From Candidatus Latescibacterota bacterium (GTDB lineage: Bacteria > Latescibacterota > UBA2968), in the NCBI GenBank assembly GCA_965198115.1, contig OZ240241.1:4192001-4256000 (forward strand): a stretch of 64,000 bases of DNA. Reading direction: 5' to 3'. Positions 19,439-29,276 of this stretch are shown here, piece by piece. The position numbers and the translations under genes are program-made. The stretch's first letter is position 1. Each line of letters starts with the position of its first letter. Under the pieces are notes generated by a model that had not been told where the DNA came from, did no database searches, and was given only the letters and a program-made list of their open reading frames with translations.

Positions 19439-20566
19439 TTGAAGCTGCTCAAGTCAGAGCCTTTTCGCGTTCTGTTTCCAATCGGCGCGGCAGCCGGTTT
19501 CGTCGGCGTGGCGCATTGGGGATGGTACTATTCAGGTCTGATCGAGACCTACTCCTGTAACTACCACGGCCTGATGATGATCCAGGGGTTTGAGGGGGCC
19601 TTCGCCGCGGGCTTCATCCTGACCGCCGTTCCCCGCTTCCTCGACGCACGTCCTGCCGCCTTGTGGGAGGTCATCCTCGCCCTTTTTCTCATCGTCCAGA
19701 CAACCGTGCTCCTACAACTGGACAGCTGGGCAACGGCTCAGGTCTGCTTTGCCCTCGTCACACTCCACCTATTGGTCTTTTGCCTCCGTCGTTATGCGTC
19801 GCGCGCCGATTCGCCGCCCGCTTCGTTCGTATTCATTCCCGTCGGTCTTGCCCTCGGGTTCATCGGCACCGTACTCGTCGTCTTTCCGATCCAGGGCTTC
19901 GTTAAGCTAGGTCATCGGCTCCTCGAGCAGGGCATGTTCGTCTGCCTGCTCCTGGCCTTCGGCGCCTACCTGGGCCGACGACTCGTAGACGGGGTAGCCG
20001 CCGAATCCCTCGAGTCGGATCCCACGAAGAAGGTCGACTTCAAGCCCGGATTCGTCCTGGGCCTCTTCCTGATCGGGTCGTTCGTCCTCGAGTCCGGGTG
20101 GACCGAGGGTGGAGGCCGCCTCATACGAGCAGCCGTCCTCACGCGCTTCTTCGGCCAGGCACTACCGATCTTCCGCCTGCCGGGCGAACGTCGTTTCTCG
20201 AGCTGGTCCCTCTGGATCGGTTTCTGGTCCGTCCTCATCGGGCAGTGGCTTGCCGGTTTGTTTCCAGACTACGAAGTCGTTGCACTACACTTCACGTTCG
20301 TGGGTGGCTTCTCGCTCATCACGTTCGTCATCTCCACACGTGTTGTTGCCGCTCATTGCGGTCCCGAGTCCATCTGGCAGGGAAAAGCCCGGCCGCTCAA
20401 AGCGATCGGGCTTCTGGTACTGTTCGCCCTCGTGGGACGCGGAATCTCCGACTTCTTAGAATGGTACTACTTCGGGATGCTGCACGTCGCTGCGGGGTTT
20501 TGGATGATGGCGGCTCTCGTCTGGCTCGTCGCATACGGCCGGCGCGTTTTCTGTATCGCCGATTGA
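19439..20566 (+). CDS. nnrS: NnrS family membrane protein
   Basis: EPFRVLFP.G, YHGLMMIQGF....AGFILTAVPRF, ALHFTFVGGF...TRVVAAHCG; ~12 TM segments. Probable TTG start. Confidence 0.88.
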   Translation: MKLLKSEPFRVLFPIGAAAGFVGVAHWGWYYSGLIETYSCNYHGLMMIQGFEGAFAAGFILTAVPRFLDARPAALWEVILALFLIVQTTVLLQLDSWATAQVCFALVTLHLLVFCLRRYASRADSPPASFVFIPVGLALGFIGTVLVVFPIQGFVKLGHRLLEQGMFVCLLLAFGAYLGRRLVDGVAAESLESDPTKKVDFKPGFVLGLFLIGSFVLESGWTEGGGRLIRAAVLTRFFGQALPIFRLPGERRFSSWSLWIGFWSVLIGQWLAGLFPDYEVVALHFTFVGGFSLITFVISTRVVAAHCGPESIWQGKARPLKAIGLLVLFALVGRGISDFLEWYYFGMLHVAAGFWMMAALVWLVAYGRRVFCIAD

Positions 20567-20569
20567 ACG

Positions 20570-21067
20570 CTACGCCCGCAGGCCGACCGGCACGCAACCC
20601 AGAGCGATCTCCTCCTCGAGCAGTGCTGCCACAACATCCACTTCGTCCTCCCCGAATCGGAACGGAAGACTCGCGACCACGCGGCCTCGTGGATGTGAGT
20701 CCCTCGACGCGCCGGCGGCGTCGTGCACTTCGATACGGGGCAACGCATACCAGTGAAAGCCCTCGGCCAAAACGAGGTCGGCGTCGGGAAACAGCCACGC
20801 GGCAGCTTCTCGCGGGTCCGGCTCACCATCCCTAACAAGGGCGAAACCCTCGGGTCCGATAACGGCCGTGCCCATCGATCCTGCCCGCCGATGTCGCCAA
20901 CTGTCTTTGCCGGGTCGATCGACGTCAAACGCGCAATGACAATGTTTCAGCGTCCCCACTCGGTACCCTCGAGTGACCAACTCCTGAAGCAGACGTTCGA
21001 TCGCGGTCGTCTTGCCCACATTCTTGTAGCCGGTCACCGCAACGACCGGCGGCACACGTGCGTTCAC
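20570..21067 (-). CDS. mobB: Molybdopterin-guanine dinucleotide biosynthesis protein B
   Basis: GYKNVGKTT Walker A, GTLKH, D.PGKDSWRH..AG, DLVLAEGF. Confidence 0.9.
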   Translation of the reverse strand: MNARVPPVVAVTGYKNVGKTTAIERLLQELVTRGYRVGTLKHCHCAFDVDRPGKDSWRHRRAGSMGTAVIGPEGFALVRDGEPDPREAAAWLFPDADLVLAEGFHWYALPRIEVHDAAGASRDSHPRGRVVASLPFRFGEDEVDVVAALLEEEIALGCVPVGLRA

Positions 21068-21120
21068 AGGGTTCCCTTTCTCTGATTCGGTCGATCGACT
21101 GGTCCTGCAACATCACCTGA

Positions 21121-21987
21121 TCAGCTTTGGGCGACAGGGTCGAAGGGTCGGTCCTCCGAAGATGAAATGCCACCCTCAGGTCCTCCGCCAGCGAGTTCGC
21201 ACGCCGCGCAGGTCATCTCCGGTTCGTCCTCGGCGTGATTCGGCGACACCAATTCTTTCGGCGCCGGAATGCCCAGCCACCCACGCTCGAAACTGACGAA
21301 TGCCGCCAGCGCTTCAGACAGAGCACCGTGGAATGTGCTTGTCGTCGACGGTTGGCTCCCCTCGGACTTCTTCCGTAACGCGGTGCAGAACGCCGGCACC
21401 CACCAACTCAAGTGATCGGTCAGAAAGTGTTCCTGCCCGTCCGCACAGACACCTACGTGTTCCTCCGCCTCGGGACCGCCCTTTCCTACCGCCAAACGCA
21501 TCTTCCCGATCAACCACGCCATAAACTCCAACTCGAGTGACACATGATCCGGTCGCTCCGGGAAGTCCCGGCCCGACTCAAGCCCAAACGCTGAATAAAA
21601 GCCAGCGACGTCCGCCATCTTGTGCGACCGGTAGATTGAGAACGTCTGCGGGCAATACTCCGTCTCGTAGGGGGGACAATCTTTCGTTAACAGAAACCCG
21701 AAAATGCGGCCGTGGGCTTCTTCTGCTTCGCCGGCTCGGAGATGTCGAAACGCGATGTCCAGCCGGAGATCAGCCAACGGCCTCTCACCCGGCGCCACGG
21801 CGTCCACGGACGCCTGCCCGGCTTCAGCCCTCAGGAAATCTGCCGCCGCGATCGCGGTACGCTGGTAACGGGGGTCGTGCAGAAGACGCCACCGGCCTGA
21901 AGCCGGGTCCGAAGTGGCCTTCGCGAAAAACTGGTAGCACGTCTGCCGTGCCAGCATCATCGTTTCGTTGAATGCAAGCTCATTCAT
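21121..21987 (-). CDS. TorD/DmsD/NarJ-type molybdoenzyme maturation chaperone
   Basis: CPPYETEY, ADVAGFYSAFG, ERPDHVSLELEFM, FL..HL..W motifs. Confidence 0.9.
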   Translation of the reverse strand: MNELAFNETMMLARQTCYQFFAKATSDPASGRWRLLHDPRYQRTAIAAADFLRAEAGQASVDAVAPGERPLADLRLDIAFRHLRAGEAEEAHGRIFGFLLTKDCPPYETEYCPQTFSIYRSHKMADVAGFYSAFGLESGRDFPERPDHVSLELEFMAWLIGKMRLAVGKGGPEAEEHVGVCADGQEHFLTDHLSWWVPAFCTALRKKSEGSQPSTTSTFHGALSEALAAFVSFERGWLGIPAPKELVSPNHAEDEPEMTCAACELAGGGPEGGISSSEDRPFDPVAQS

Positions 21988-22004
21988 CTTGAAACGCTCC
22001 GTCT

Positions 22005-23315
22005 TCAGATAGAATTCACGTGAGATTTCGGACGCTCGAACGTCGGTTCCTCGACCGTCACCCGAACGACCTCTTTCCCCAGCTTGTTGTAGCCAACGAC
22101 GGTATCGTTGTAGAGCTCCTGTGTTCGTCTCTCTCCCGAAGGCATCGTCACTTCCGCTTCGCCGATCTTCGGTCCCTTCTCGATCGTGTAGCGAAACAAA
22201 ATCTGCTGGGTGGCACGGAACAACTGGAGGACAGCCAGGAGCTCCCTGTCCGGACAGCTATACTGATCCACTGCGTTTCGTACACCGGGCCCGAACATCT
22301 GCTCCAGATGGGTCCTCGGCACCCAACGCGGCGGAATGTAGAACCCATTGGGCTCCGTTCCGAACTGGGGGTAGAGAGGCAACGCCACCTTTCGTTCCCG
22401 AATCAAGTAGTAGAGCGGGCTATCGGCCATCGGTGCCCAGTTCCCGTCCTCTTCCACCTTCACCAGGCCTTGCAGGCGAATTTTACCCACGCACGCCGCC
22501 ATGCACCGCGTCTCTGCGGGCTCACCGTTCGGACTGATCTCCGGGTCCCGCCCCTCGATCCGAGGGTAGCAGGCCACGCATTTCTCACTCACGCGCGTCG
22601 TCGGCCGATACATGGCCTTCTTATAGGGGCAGGCCGCTACGCACTTCCGATACCCACGGCACCGCTCCTGATCTATGAGCACGATGCCGTCCTCTTTGCG
22701 TTTGTAGATCGCCGACCGGGGGCACGCGGCCAGACATCCGGGATAGGTACAGTGGTTGCAGATCCGTTGAAGGTAGAAGTACCACACCTTATGTTCCGGG
22801 AGTTCAACCGAGTGACCCCACTCCCCTTCCTTCATCACTTCACCCGTGGCCGTCTCTTCCTGCATGTTGGGCGCGTCCCAGTCCGAGTCCGCCGGCAAGT
22901 AGCCCAGCACTCGATTCGGACCATCCGCTCCCTGGTGTTTCTCCGCCGCCTCGAAAATCGTTTGGCCATCGAACCGCCCGTTCGGGGCTCCCTTCCCGGT
23001 GCCGTCTTCGCCCTCCCCGATGTCCTGACTCCAGCTTTGTCCCCCGGGATTGGCTTGTTCAAGCAGAGAAAGCAGCTTTACGTCCCAGTTCTGGGGATAC
23101 CCTCCGTAAGGCTTCGTCTCCACGTTGTTCCACCACATGTGCTCTTGGCCCTTCGAAAACGTCCACGTGGACTTGCAGGCCATTGTGCAAGTTTGGCACG
23201 CGATGCACCGGTTGATGTTGAACACGAAGGCGAACTGCCAGCGCGGGTGTGATTCATCGAACGGATACTCCATTTCCCGGCCCAGCTGCCAGTTGTAAAC
23301 AGTCGGCATGATCAA
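22005..23315 (-). CDS. nxrB: Nitrite oxidoreductase / nitrate reductase beta (Fe-S) subunit, Nitrospira/anammox type
   Basis: VYNWQLGR.M.Y, FVFNINRCIACQTCTMACKSTWTFSKGQE.MWWNNVETKPYGGYP, RICNHCTYPGCLAACPR, CRGYRKC...CPY, SEKCVACYPR, PQFGTEPN. Confidence 0.92.
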   Translation of the reverse strand: MIMPTVYNWQLGREMEYPFDESHPRWQFAFVFNINRCIACQTCTMACKSTWTFSKGQEHMWWNNVETKPYGGYPQNWDVKLLSLLEQANPGGQSWSQDIGEGEDGTGKGAPNGRFDGQTIFEAAEKHQGADGPNRVLGYLPADSDWDAPNMQEETATGEVMKEGEWGHSVELPEHKVWYFYLQRICNHCTYPGCLAACPRSAIYKRKEDGIVLIDQERCRGYRKCVAACPYKKAMYRPTTRVSEKCVACYPRIEGRDPEISPNGEPAETRCMAACVGKIRLQGLVKVEEDGNWAPMADSPLYYLIRERKVALPLYPQFGTEPNGFYIPPRWVPRTHLEQMFGPGVRNAVDQYSCPDRELLAVLQLFRATQQILFRYTIEKGPKIGEAEVTMPSGERRTQELYNDTVVGYNKLGKEVVRVTVEEPTFERPKSHVNSI

Positions 23316-23323
23316 CCCTTTCC

Positions 23324-23707
23324 TCAGGCATCCTCGATGTTCAAAACGTCTGCGCCACGCAGACCGCTATCCGGATCCGTGACAGTTACCGTTCTCACAC
23401 TGAACACACCGCACCTGGCCAGAGTCGATTCCACGCGCCGCCGAATGGTTTCCTCTCCCAAGAGACATTTCAACCCGTGCGTCGCCTGATAGAACGGCTG
23501 CTCGAACAGATCCAGAATCTCGCGCTTCGATAGGCCCTGGCGGGCGTATTCTTCAATAAGGCAATCCAGCATGACGAACGGATTCCCGTCGACACGTGCG
23601 GCCGTCGTCTCCATCGGGTCGGCGGGCTCGGCCGGGCGGTTGCCCGGGTGCTCGCGTTCCAGGAATTCCTCCAGGCTTTCACCGTCAGCTTGCGGATCAC
23701 GTTCCAT
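23324..23707 (-). CDS. Small uncharacterised protein between the alpha and beta subunit genes
   Basis: Tight operon spacing; DPME...GNPFVMLDCLIEEYARQG...LFEQPFY segment. Start uncertain (23707, 23716 or 23782). Confidence 0.7.
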   Translation of the reverse strand: MERDPQADGESLEEFLEREHPGNRPAEPADPMETTAARVDGNPFVMLDCLIEEYARQGLSKREILDLFEQPFYQATHGLKCLLGEETIRRRVESTLARCGVFSVRTVTVTDPDSGLRGADVLNIEDA

Positions 23708-23789
23708 TCCTCTCATCCTTTCCGGTTCGCCGCTCTTCCCACAAAAACGCAGAGGCTCATCGAAAGCGAGGCAGGCGGCCATTCAGCCG

Positions 23790-26700
23790 TCAACTCTGCA
23801 CGTGGGTCAGGTCGCCTTGCAGGTAGCGTTGCATCAGTTCGGATTCGTTTCCCGGAGCGTAGCCCGTCGTCCCTGGCTTCCAGACACCTTTTCCGTCCAG
23901 CCCACCCGGTTCGGCCTTCTCCACCCGAACCAGCGTCTCCTTCGGAACCGTGTTCACGCCGTGGTTGTCAACCGCGAAACCGAAAGTAAAGCCCATCGAA
24001 CCCGTCTTCTTATGGAACAACGTGTCGGTCTGATGCATGGGCATCAGCCAGCTTCGAGTGATGCTCTGGTGAGAACCGTAACGATAGTTGGATTGGTAAC
24101 CGGTGTCGGCGGCCAAGGCCATGCCGTCGGGCCGTGTCTCGTGCGCCTTGACCGTGCGCTCCGTCGCGATCCAACCGGTGTGTTTCATGATGGTCATGGA
24201 GTAAGGCAGTGCCGGGTTGTATTTCAGCCGGACCAGGCAGCGGAACGCACGACTGCGATCGTCACCCGCCCGCGCACCCACGAACGGCCGATCTTCCGGG
24301 TTCGCGTCCACATATACGTAGTCGCCATCATTCAGGTCCGCGTCCTTCGCAGCCTGCGGGTTCATCTGAATCTGGCGATCCCCTACACCCGGGTCGCGCT
24401 TGTCTTTGCGGAAGGGATCCCCAAAATTCGTGCTCCAGATCCAGTGCCAGTCCACCGTCGACCATGAAGAGTGAGTCGTGTGGCGGCTCTTGGGCGTTGA
24501 GCAGAAGAATCGGAAGCCCCGCGCCCAGAGCGGATTCACCGTTTCCTTTACCTGTGACCAGGGCATCATCACGTTTCGAACCGTCCGTAGATCGGGGTCC
24601 ATCTCCTCGAGTGGAATGCCGTAGTCTTTGGGCCGCAGGAACGGACTGGTCGACACGATCACGTTGGGCAGGTAGGGTGTGGCCTCGGGACCTTCCCGGT
24701 GCACAATCAGGTTCTCGCCCGTGTCGATGGCTTCGGGCAAGTCGCAATATGCCGACAGTCGTCCGGAATCGGTGTAGAACGGAATGCTATCGTGAATCTG
24801 CTCGTAGAACGCGACACGTGGGTAGGTTCGGAACAGCATCAGCGCCGAGCCGGGCTCACCGCCGTAATCTCCGTGCAGGATCTTGTCTAACTCATAGGGA
24901 CCGTCCTCCCCGCGTGTCGTAGTCGAATTGTCCAGCACGCGCTGGATGTAAACGCGGGCCTTCTTTTCCGTCACGTACTTCCAATAGTCCGCAAAACGCC
25001 GCTCGCCAGTAATCTTCGACAACGAGCGTCCCACCGCCGCGAAGATCTCCGCGTCATCCCGCGAATCGTGCACAGGCTTGATGCCGTTCCCACCCCACAC
25101 CTGGATAAACGGGTTCGAGCACGACCCTCCGAGCTCCAGATCTTCGAACTCCACCCAGGAGTTCGCTGGCAGTACGACGTCCGCATACTCCGCTGAGCCG
25201 GTCCACTCCACCTGCTGGTCAACGATCATGTCAATCTTTGGGAACACGTGTACGATCAGTTGGTAAGCCCATTTCGCCTGGTTGATCAGGTTCGCGTTGC
25301 TGTACCACATTAGCTTTGTGGGCGAGGGCATGTGCGTTTGACCGGTGAATACCTTCCGTCCCTCCTCCGGCGTCTGAACAATCAGCGGCCGATCGCCGTG
25401 GCCCCAGAATGCCACGTCCTCGCCGTAGGTGCAGTTGCGTAGATCGTGCTCCGTGATCCTCGCCTTCTCGTCCAGTACCGGTTTGAACGGGTTTTCGTGC
25501 GCGTATGTCGCTGCGCCGGGGCCTGACCAGGGCGAGCCCTGCAGCAACGCCCCCTTGTAGTTGCCCGCCCACGTGAACACACCCGATCCGTGCTTGCCGA
25601 AATTTCCCGTCAACATCAGTGGCAAGTGACAGGCCCGATTGTGCAACGTTCCGTGGAAGTAGTGATTCGTGCCCTCGCCGTGGTGGAGCGACACGGGGCC
25701 TCCGGCCTGTGTTGTCTCCCAGATGTCTCGTGCCAGCCGCTCCACGAGCCTCGGCTCCGCGCCACTGATCTCGCGTACCGTTTCCAGATCGTAATCCTGA
25801 AGGTGCCGCCGGTACATCTCGTAGACCGGCATCACTTCCACCGCTTCACCCATCACGGTTTCCACACTGAAAGTGCCGGTCAGAGCTGCACTCTCCAGGG
25901 CCTTTGCACCCACCTCATCGCGGCTCACCGCGGCTATCGTGCCGGCATTTTCATCCCACACGACGAAGTCCCCGATCTTCTCGCGCTGTTCCAACGGCAC
26001 CACCTCGGCGTCTCGACGATCCGTCCGTCAGGTTCTGAATCGTGTAGGACGGTCCGCCTTTCAGGTTCTTTAATTGATAGCCCGCGATCACCTCCTCGGG
26101 TCGCAGACGTTCGAGCGTGTCTGTGCGTACGAGAAGAGGAAAATCGGTGAAGGATCGGACGAACTTCTTGTCCACCCAATCGTTGTCCATCAGGATTTTC
26201 GTCACGCCCAGCAGCACCGCCGTGTCCGACAACCCGGGACGGATACCGATCCAATAGTCGGCCTTCGCGGACGGCGCACTGTAGTCCGGCGTGATCACCA
26301 CGATGCGGCCGCCCCGTTCCATCACCTCGTTCAGCCAGTGGCTGTCTGCCATCTTATTCTCGATCAGGTTCTTCCCGATCTGGATCGTCAGCTTCGAGAA
26401 GCGCAGGTCGTTCATGTCCATGTCTGACGTCTGCAACCCGTGAACGAATGGCTGGCCCGGCGCCTGGTCTCCACGCCAGGTGTATTCGGTCCACTCTCTG
26501 CAACCGATGGCGTCCGCCTCGCTCACGTCACGCACGTGGTGGTCGATCAGTCCAGTCATGTTCGCGAAGCGAAACAGCCCGAACTTGCCGACAAGACCGT
26601 GAATCGGCAGGTTCGAACCGATCTTCATCGTCCGCGTGCCGGCGCCTCCCCAGTGGGTCAACATCTCGGGCTCATAGCCGTCAGCTTCCAGTCGCGCCTT

Positions 26701-27312
26701 ACCCTCGTCGCCACTGTAGGTCTTCGCAACCGCAGCATCCCGCGCGCCACGAAGTCCGATGCCTTTTCCCACGACACGCGCACGAACGTGTCGTTTCCAC
26801 GATCGTCAAATTTGTAGCGCGTCCGCAGCGTTGGGTCGTCGGACAAGGATGGGAACCCCGCATCGGCCCAGTCCTTCCATCCCTTCCGAAGGACAGGACC
26901 TTTCAGTCGGTGCGCGCCATACACACGGCGTTGGAACGTGAATCCCTTCGGGCAGGCCCTGGGGTTCCACGCTTGCGTCGCTCGATTGCCATATAGGTCC
27001 CCGACGCGGTCGTGGTCGTAATTCTGCTCCGACCGCACCATCACGCCGTTGCGGACGAAGGCCCGCATGGCGACACATGTGCGTATCGTTGGGCGCGCAG
27101 ATCCACGTGAAGGTCGTATCGAAGTGGTATTGGTCGCGGTAGATCTTCTCCCACCCGCGGCTCGGATAGTGGTCCAGCGGATTGGTCACGTCCACTGGAG
27201 CCAGTCCACCGAGGACGTCCATCGGGCTCGCCAGAAATGCAGCGCCTGCACCCAGGCTCTTCAAGAAGGCGCGTCGGTGCCAGCCTTTCGTGCTATCGTT
27301 CGATTCGTTCAT
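23790..27312 (-). CDS. nxrA: Tat-exported NXR/NAR alpha subunit (type II DMSO reductase family Mo-bis-MGD enzyme), frameshifted near 27069, 26735 and 26025
   Basis: Tat motif RRAFLK; NPL..YP.RGWEK.YRDQY; FS0 motif C-APN-D-THM-C...NPRACPKG; YTWRGDQAPGQPFVHGLQ; GKNLIENKM; GEGTNHYFH; WAGNYK; TPKSRHTTHSSW; C-terminal NTVPKETLV. Confidence 0.92.
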
Positions 27313-27394
27313 CTTCTGGTCTCCATCGCTTCCCGTGGGTTTCTCCCTGAGATCAACACGGCTTGTTCGATCGGGCTATGAGACGCGAAAGGCT

Positions 27395-28987
27395 TCATCT
27401 CTCGATCACCAGGTCGTGCCAGATACTCACTGACTTCTGCCCGTTCCGATCACCGGCGGCGCCATCCCAGATCGCCGCCGACATTCGCACGCCCCGATCC
27501 AACCGCACGTCGCCCTCATCCCGAGCCTTCATTTCCCGTACGAAAGTGACGGTCCACCACCCGTTGTCCCACACGCCCTTACCTCGAACGCTTCGGCGAC
27601 CGGGCTGCTGGCTCGTCAACGTACCGAACCCCTTGGCACGCAGATCCTCGACAGACGAGACGTGATTCGTCCCGGACACCGGATTCCCCGCCACGATACC
27701 CGTCGCATATCCCGGCAGATCCGGGTGTCCGGGATAGGCGTGCTTCGGCATCGCAGGGTGTGAGGCAGTGAGCTGCGGGGGACCGTCCGCCTGATCCCGT
27801 TCCCAGGCCGCTCGCCAGTACCAGATACTCACGTGACTGTCTGGTGTCCCCATCGCAAAAAGCGGTGGATCCGTCTCTTCGCTGAACTGCAGGGCCACAC
27901 CGTCCGTGAACGCCGTTTGCCCAAGCACCGCATCGTCGGCCCCCGCGTCGCGCCACCGCAGCCGTACCGCCAGGCGCTTGCCATCGTGTACGGCACGGGC
28001 CTCCGCCTCGTCTACCCGCTCGTTTCGCCACCAGAGCGGCATCAAGGTCACTCGGGTGGCGGGAATGTCCTTCCACGCCTCATCGGCTTCGGGGAGCCGC
28101 TTCACGCGAAGCGCACGAATCGTACCGGTTGTCATCAGCGCCGCATTGCGCTGCTCGGCTGTCGATAATTCCAGCACGAAACGCACCAGATGCCACGCAT
28201 TGTCCCCGTAGGACCAATCGCTCATGGGCATTGGCGTCCCCGGAAGGCCTGCTACGATGTGACGGTAGACCGATTCGGGATCCGGCCTGCCCTTGTAGAT
28301 CCCGCGTGTGAGATCTCGAGGCCGTGTCGGGAACCCCTCGTTATCGACCTGCTTCTGCTGACCGTCTCCTCTGCCATCGAACCCGTGACATCCCGCGCAG
28401 GCATCCTTGAAAAACGAGGCGGCCAGCTCTTCGTCGCCATCCTGGTGTGGCGGCTCCGGAGGAACGCGAATGACACCGGTGCCCGAAGCGCCTTCGCCAG
28501 GAGGATCGCTCGACGGTGCGATGTCCCAAGGCTCCGCCGCCAGGGACTTGACGTAGTCGACGAGTCCCCATCGCGTTCGCTCAGGCAGATGCCCCCACGA
28601 CGGCATGGCAGATCCCGGCATGCCTCGGGTAAGCGTATCGAACAGGTCCTGATCCGTCGGCACTCGCTCCCACGTCGAGATCAGACGATACCGGGCCACC
28701 ACAAAGTCTCTTGGCTTGGGGTAGAGGAGATAGGCCGCAATGCCATCGCCCCTCCCCTGGTCACCGTGGCAGGCCACGCATTTTGAGACGTAGGTCGCCC
28801 TGCCGAGCTCGACCAGATCAGGGCCTGGTACCGGACGAGGTGGATGCTCAGATGCGGTAAGAGAAAGGCTTTTTAGGAGGATCGAACCAAGAACGAGGAA
28901 GATGACAGCGAAGCAGCGGCGGTCTGAATCCATAAAAGCAGCCTCCAGGATACTGAGATGGATTTCAGGACCCGATGGCATCACCAT
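27395..28987 (-). CDS. Diheme cytochrome c fused to an EB_dh/DOMON heme-b domain (candidate NxrC/gamma subunit)
   Basis: CVACH and CAGCH, each followed by PRD...GMPGSAMP / GLPGTPMP; C-terminal AVHDG...LRWRD, DGVALQF, FAMG, WYWRA, A.GFGTLT, AIWDG...DRNGQKS. Start uncertain (28987 or 28933). Confidence 0.88.
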   Translation of the reverse strand: MVMPSGPEIHLSILEAAFMDSDRRCFAVIFLVLGSILLKSLSLTASEHPPRPVPGPDLVELGRATYVSKCVACHGDQGRGDGIAAYLLYPKPRDFVVARYRLISTWERVPTDQDLFDTLTRGMPGSAMPSWGHLPERTRWGLVDYVKSLAAEPWDIAPSSDPPGEGASGTGVIRVPPEPPHQDGDEELAASFFKDACAGCHGFDGRGDGQQKQVDNEGFPTRPRDLTRGIYKGRPDPESVYRHIVAGLPGTPMPMSDWSYGDNAWHLVRFVLELSTAEQRNAALMTTGTIRALRVKRLPEADEAWKDIPATRVTLMPLWWRNERVDEAEARAVHDGKRLAVRLRWRDAGADDAVLGQTAFTDGVALQFSEETDPPLFAMGTPDSHVSIWYWRAAWERDQADGPPQLTASHPAMPKHAYPGHPDLPGYATGIVAGNPVSGTNHVSSVEDLRAKGFGTLTSQQPGRRSVRGKGVWDNGWWTVTFVREMKARDEGDVRLDRGVRMSAAIWDGAAGDRNGQKSVSIWHDLVIER

Positions 28988-29072
28988 CGGGAAAGCTTCA
29001 GGGGTCGGTGACTGGGATGGGCGAGGCCCTGGTGAACCCTCGTTGGGATCTCACGAACGTTGCTCCACAAAC

Positions 29073-29087
29073 GCAATCTGGATGCCA
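29073..29087 (-). promoter_or_regulatory. sigma54 -24/-12 promoter of the nxr/nar operon
   Basis: Minus strand TGGCATCCAGATTGC. Confidence 0.75.
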
Positions 29088-29174
29088 CTCCTGCGAGAGT
29101 GAATACGGAATCCTATGAACCCCTGTAATTGCACAACTTGCTTCGGGAATGCGCCAAGAAGCAGCAGAGAAACT

Positions 29175-29214
29175 TGAGGGGAATCGGTCCCACTCGAATG
29201 ACATCCACGTCCCA
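29175..29214. promoter_or_regulatory. Tandem putative upstream activator sites
   Basis: TGAGGG-GAATCG-GTCCCA and AATGAC-ATCCAC-GTCCCA, 88-127 bp upstream of the promoter. Confidence 0.5.
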
Positions 29215-29276
29215 CGACAGGGAGCCCACCCTATTCCGTCACCGATGCAACAACGGCGTAGCGCGATCAGGTCTGT

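Noticed and set aside
26020-27070. Programmed frameshifting or a naturally split nxrA
   Set aside because: No slippery heptamers at the breaks, the breaks fall inside conserved motifs, and similar indels occur in unrelated genes.
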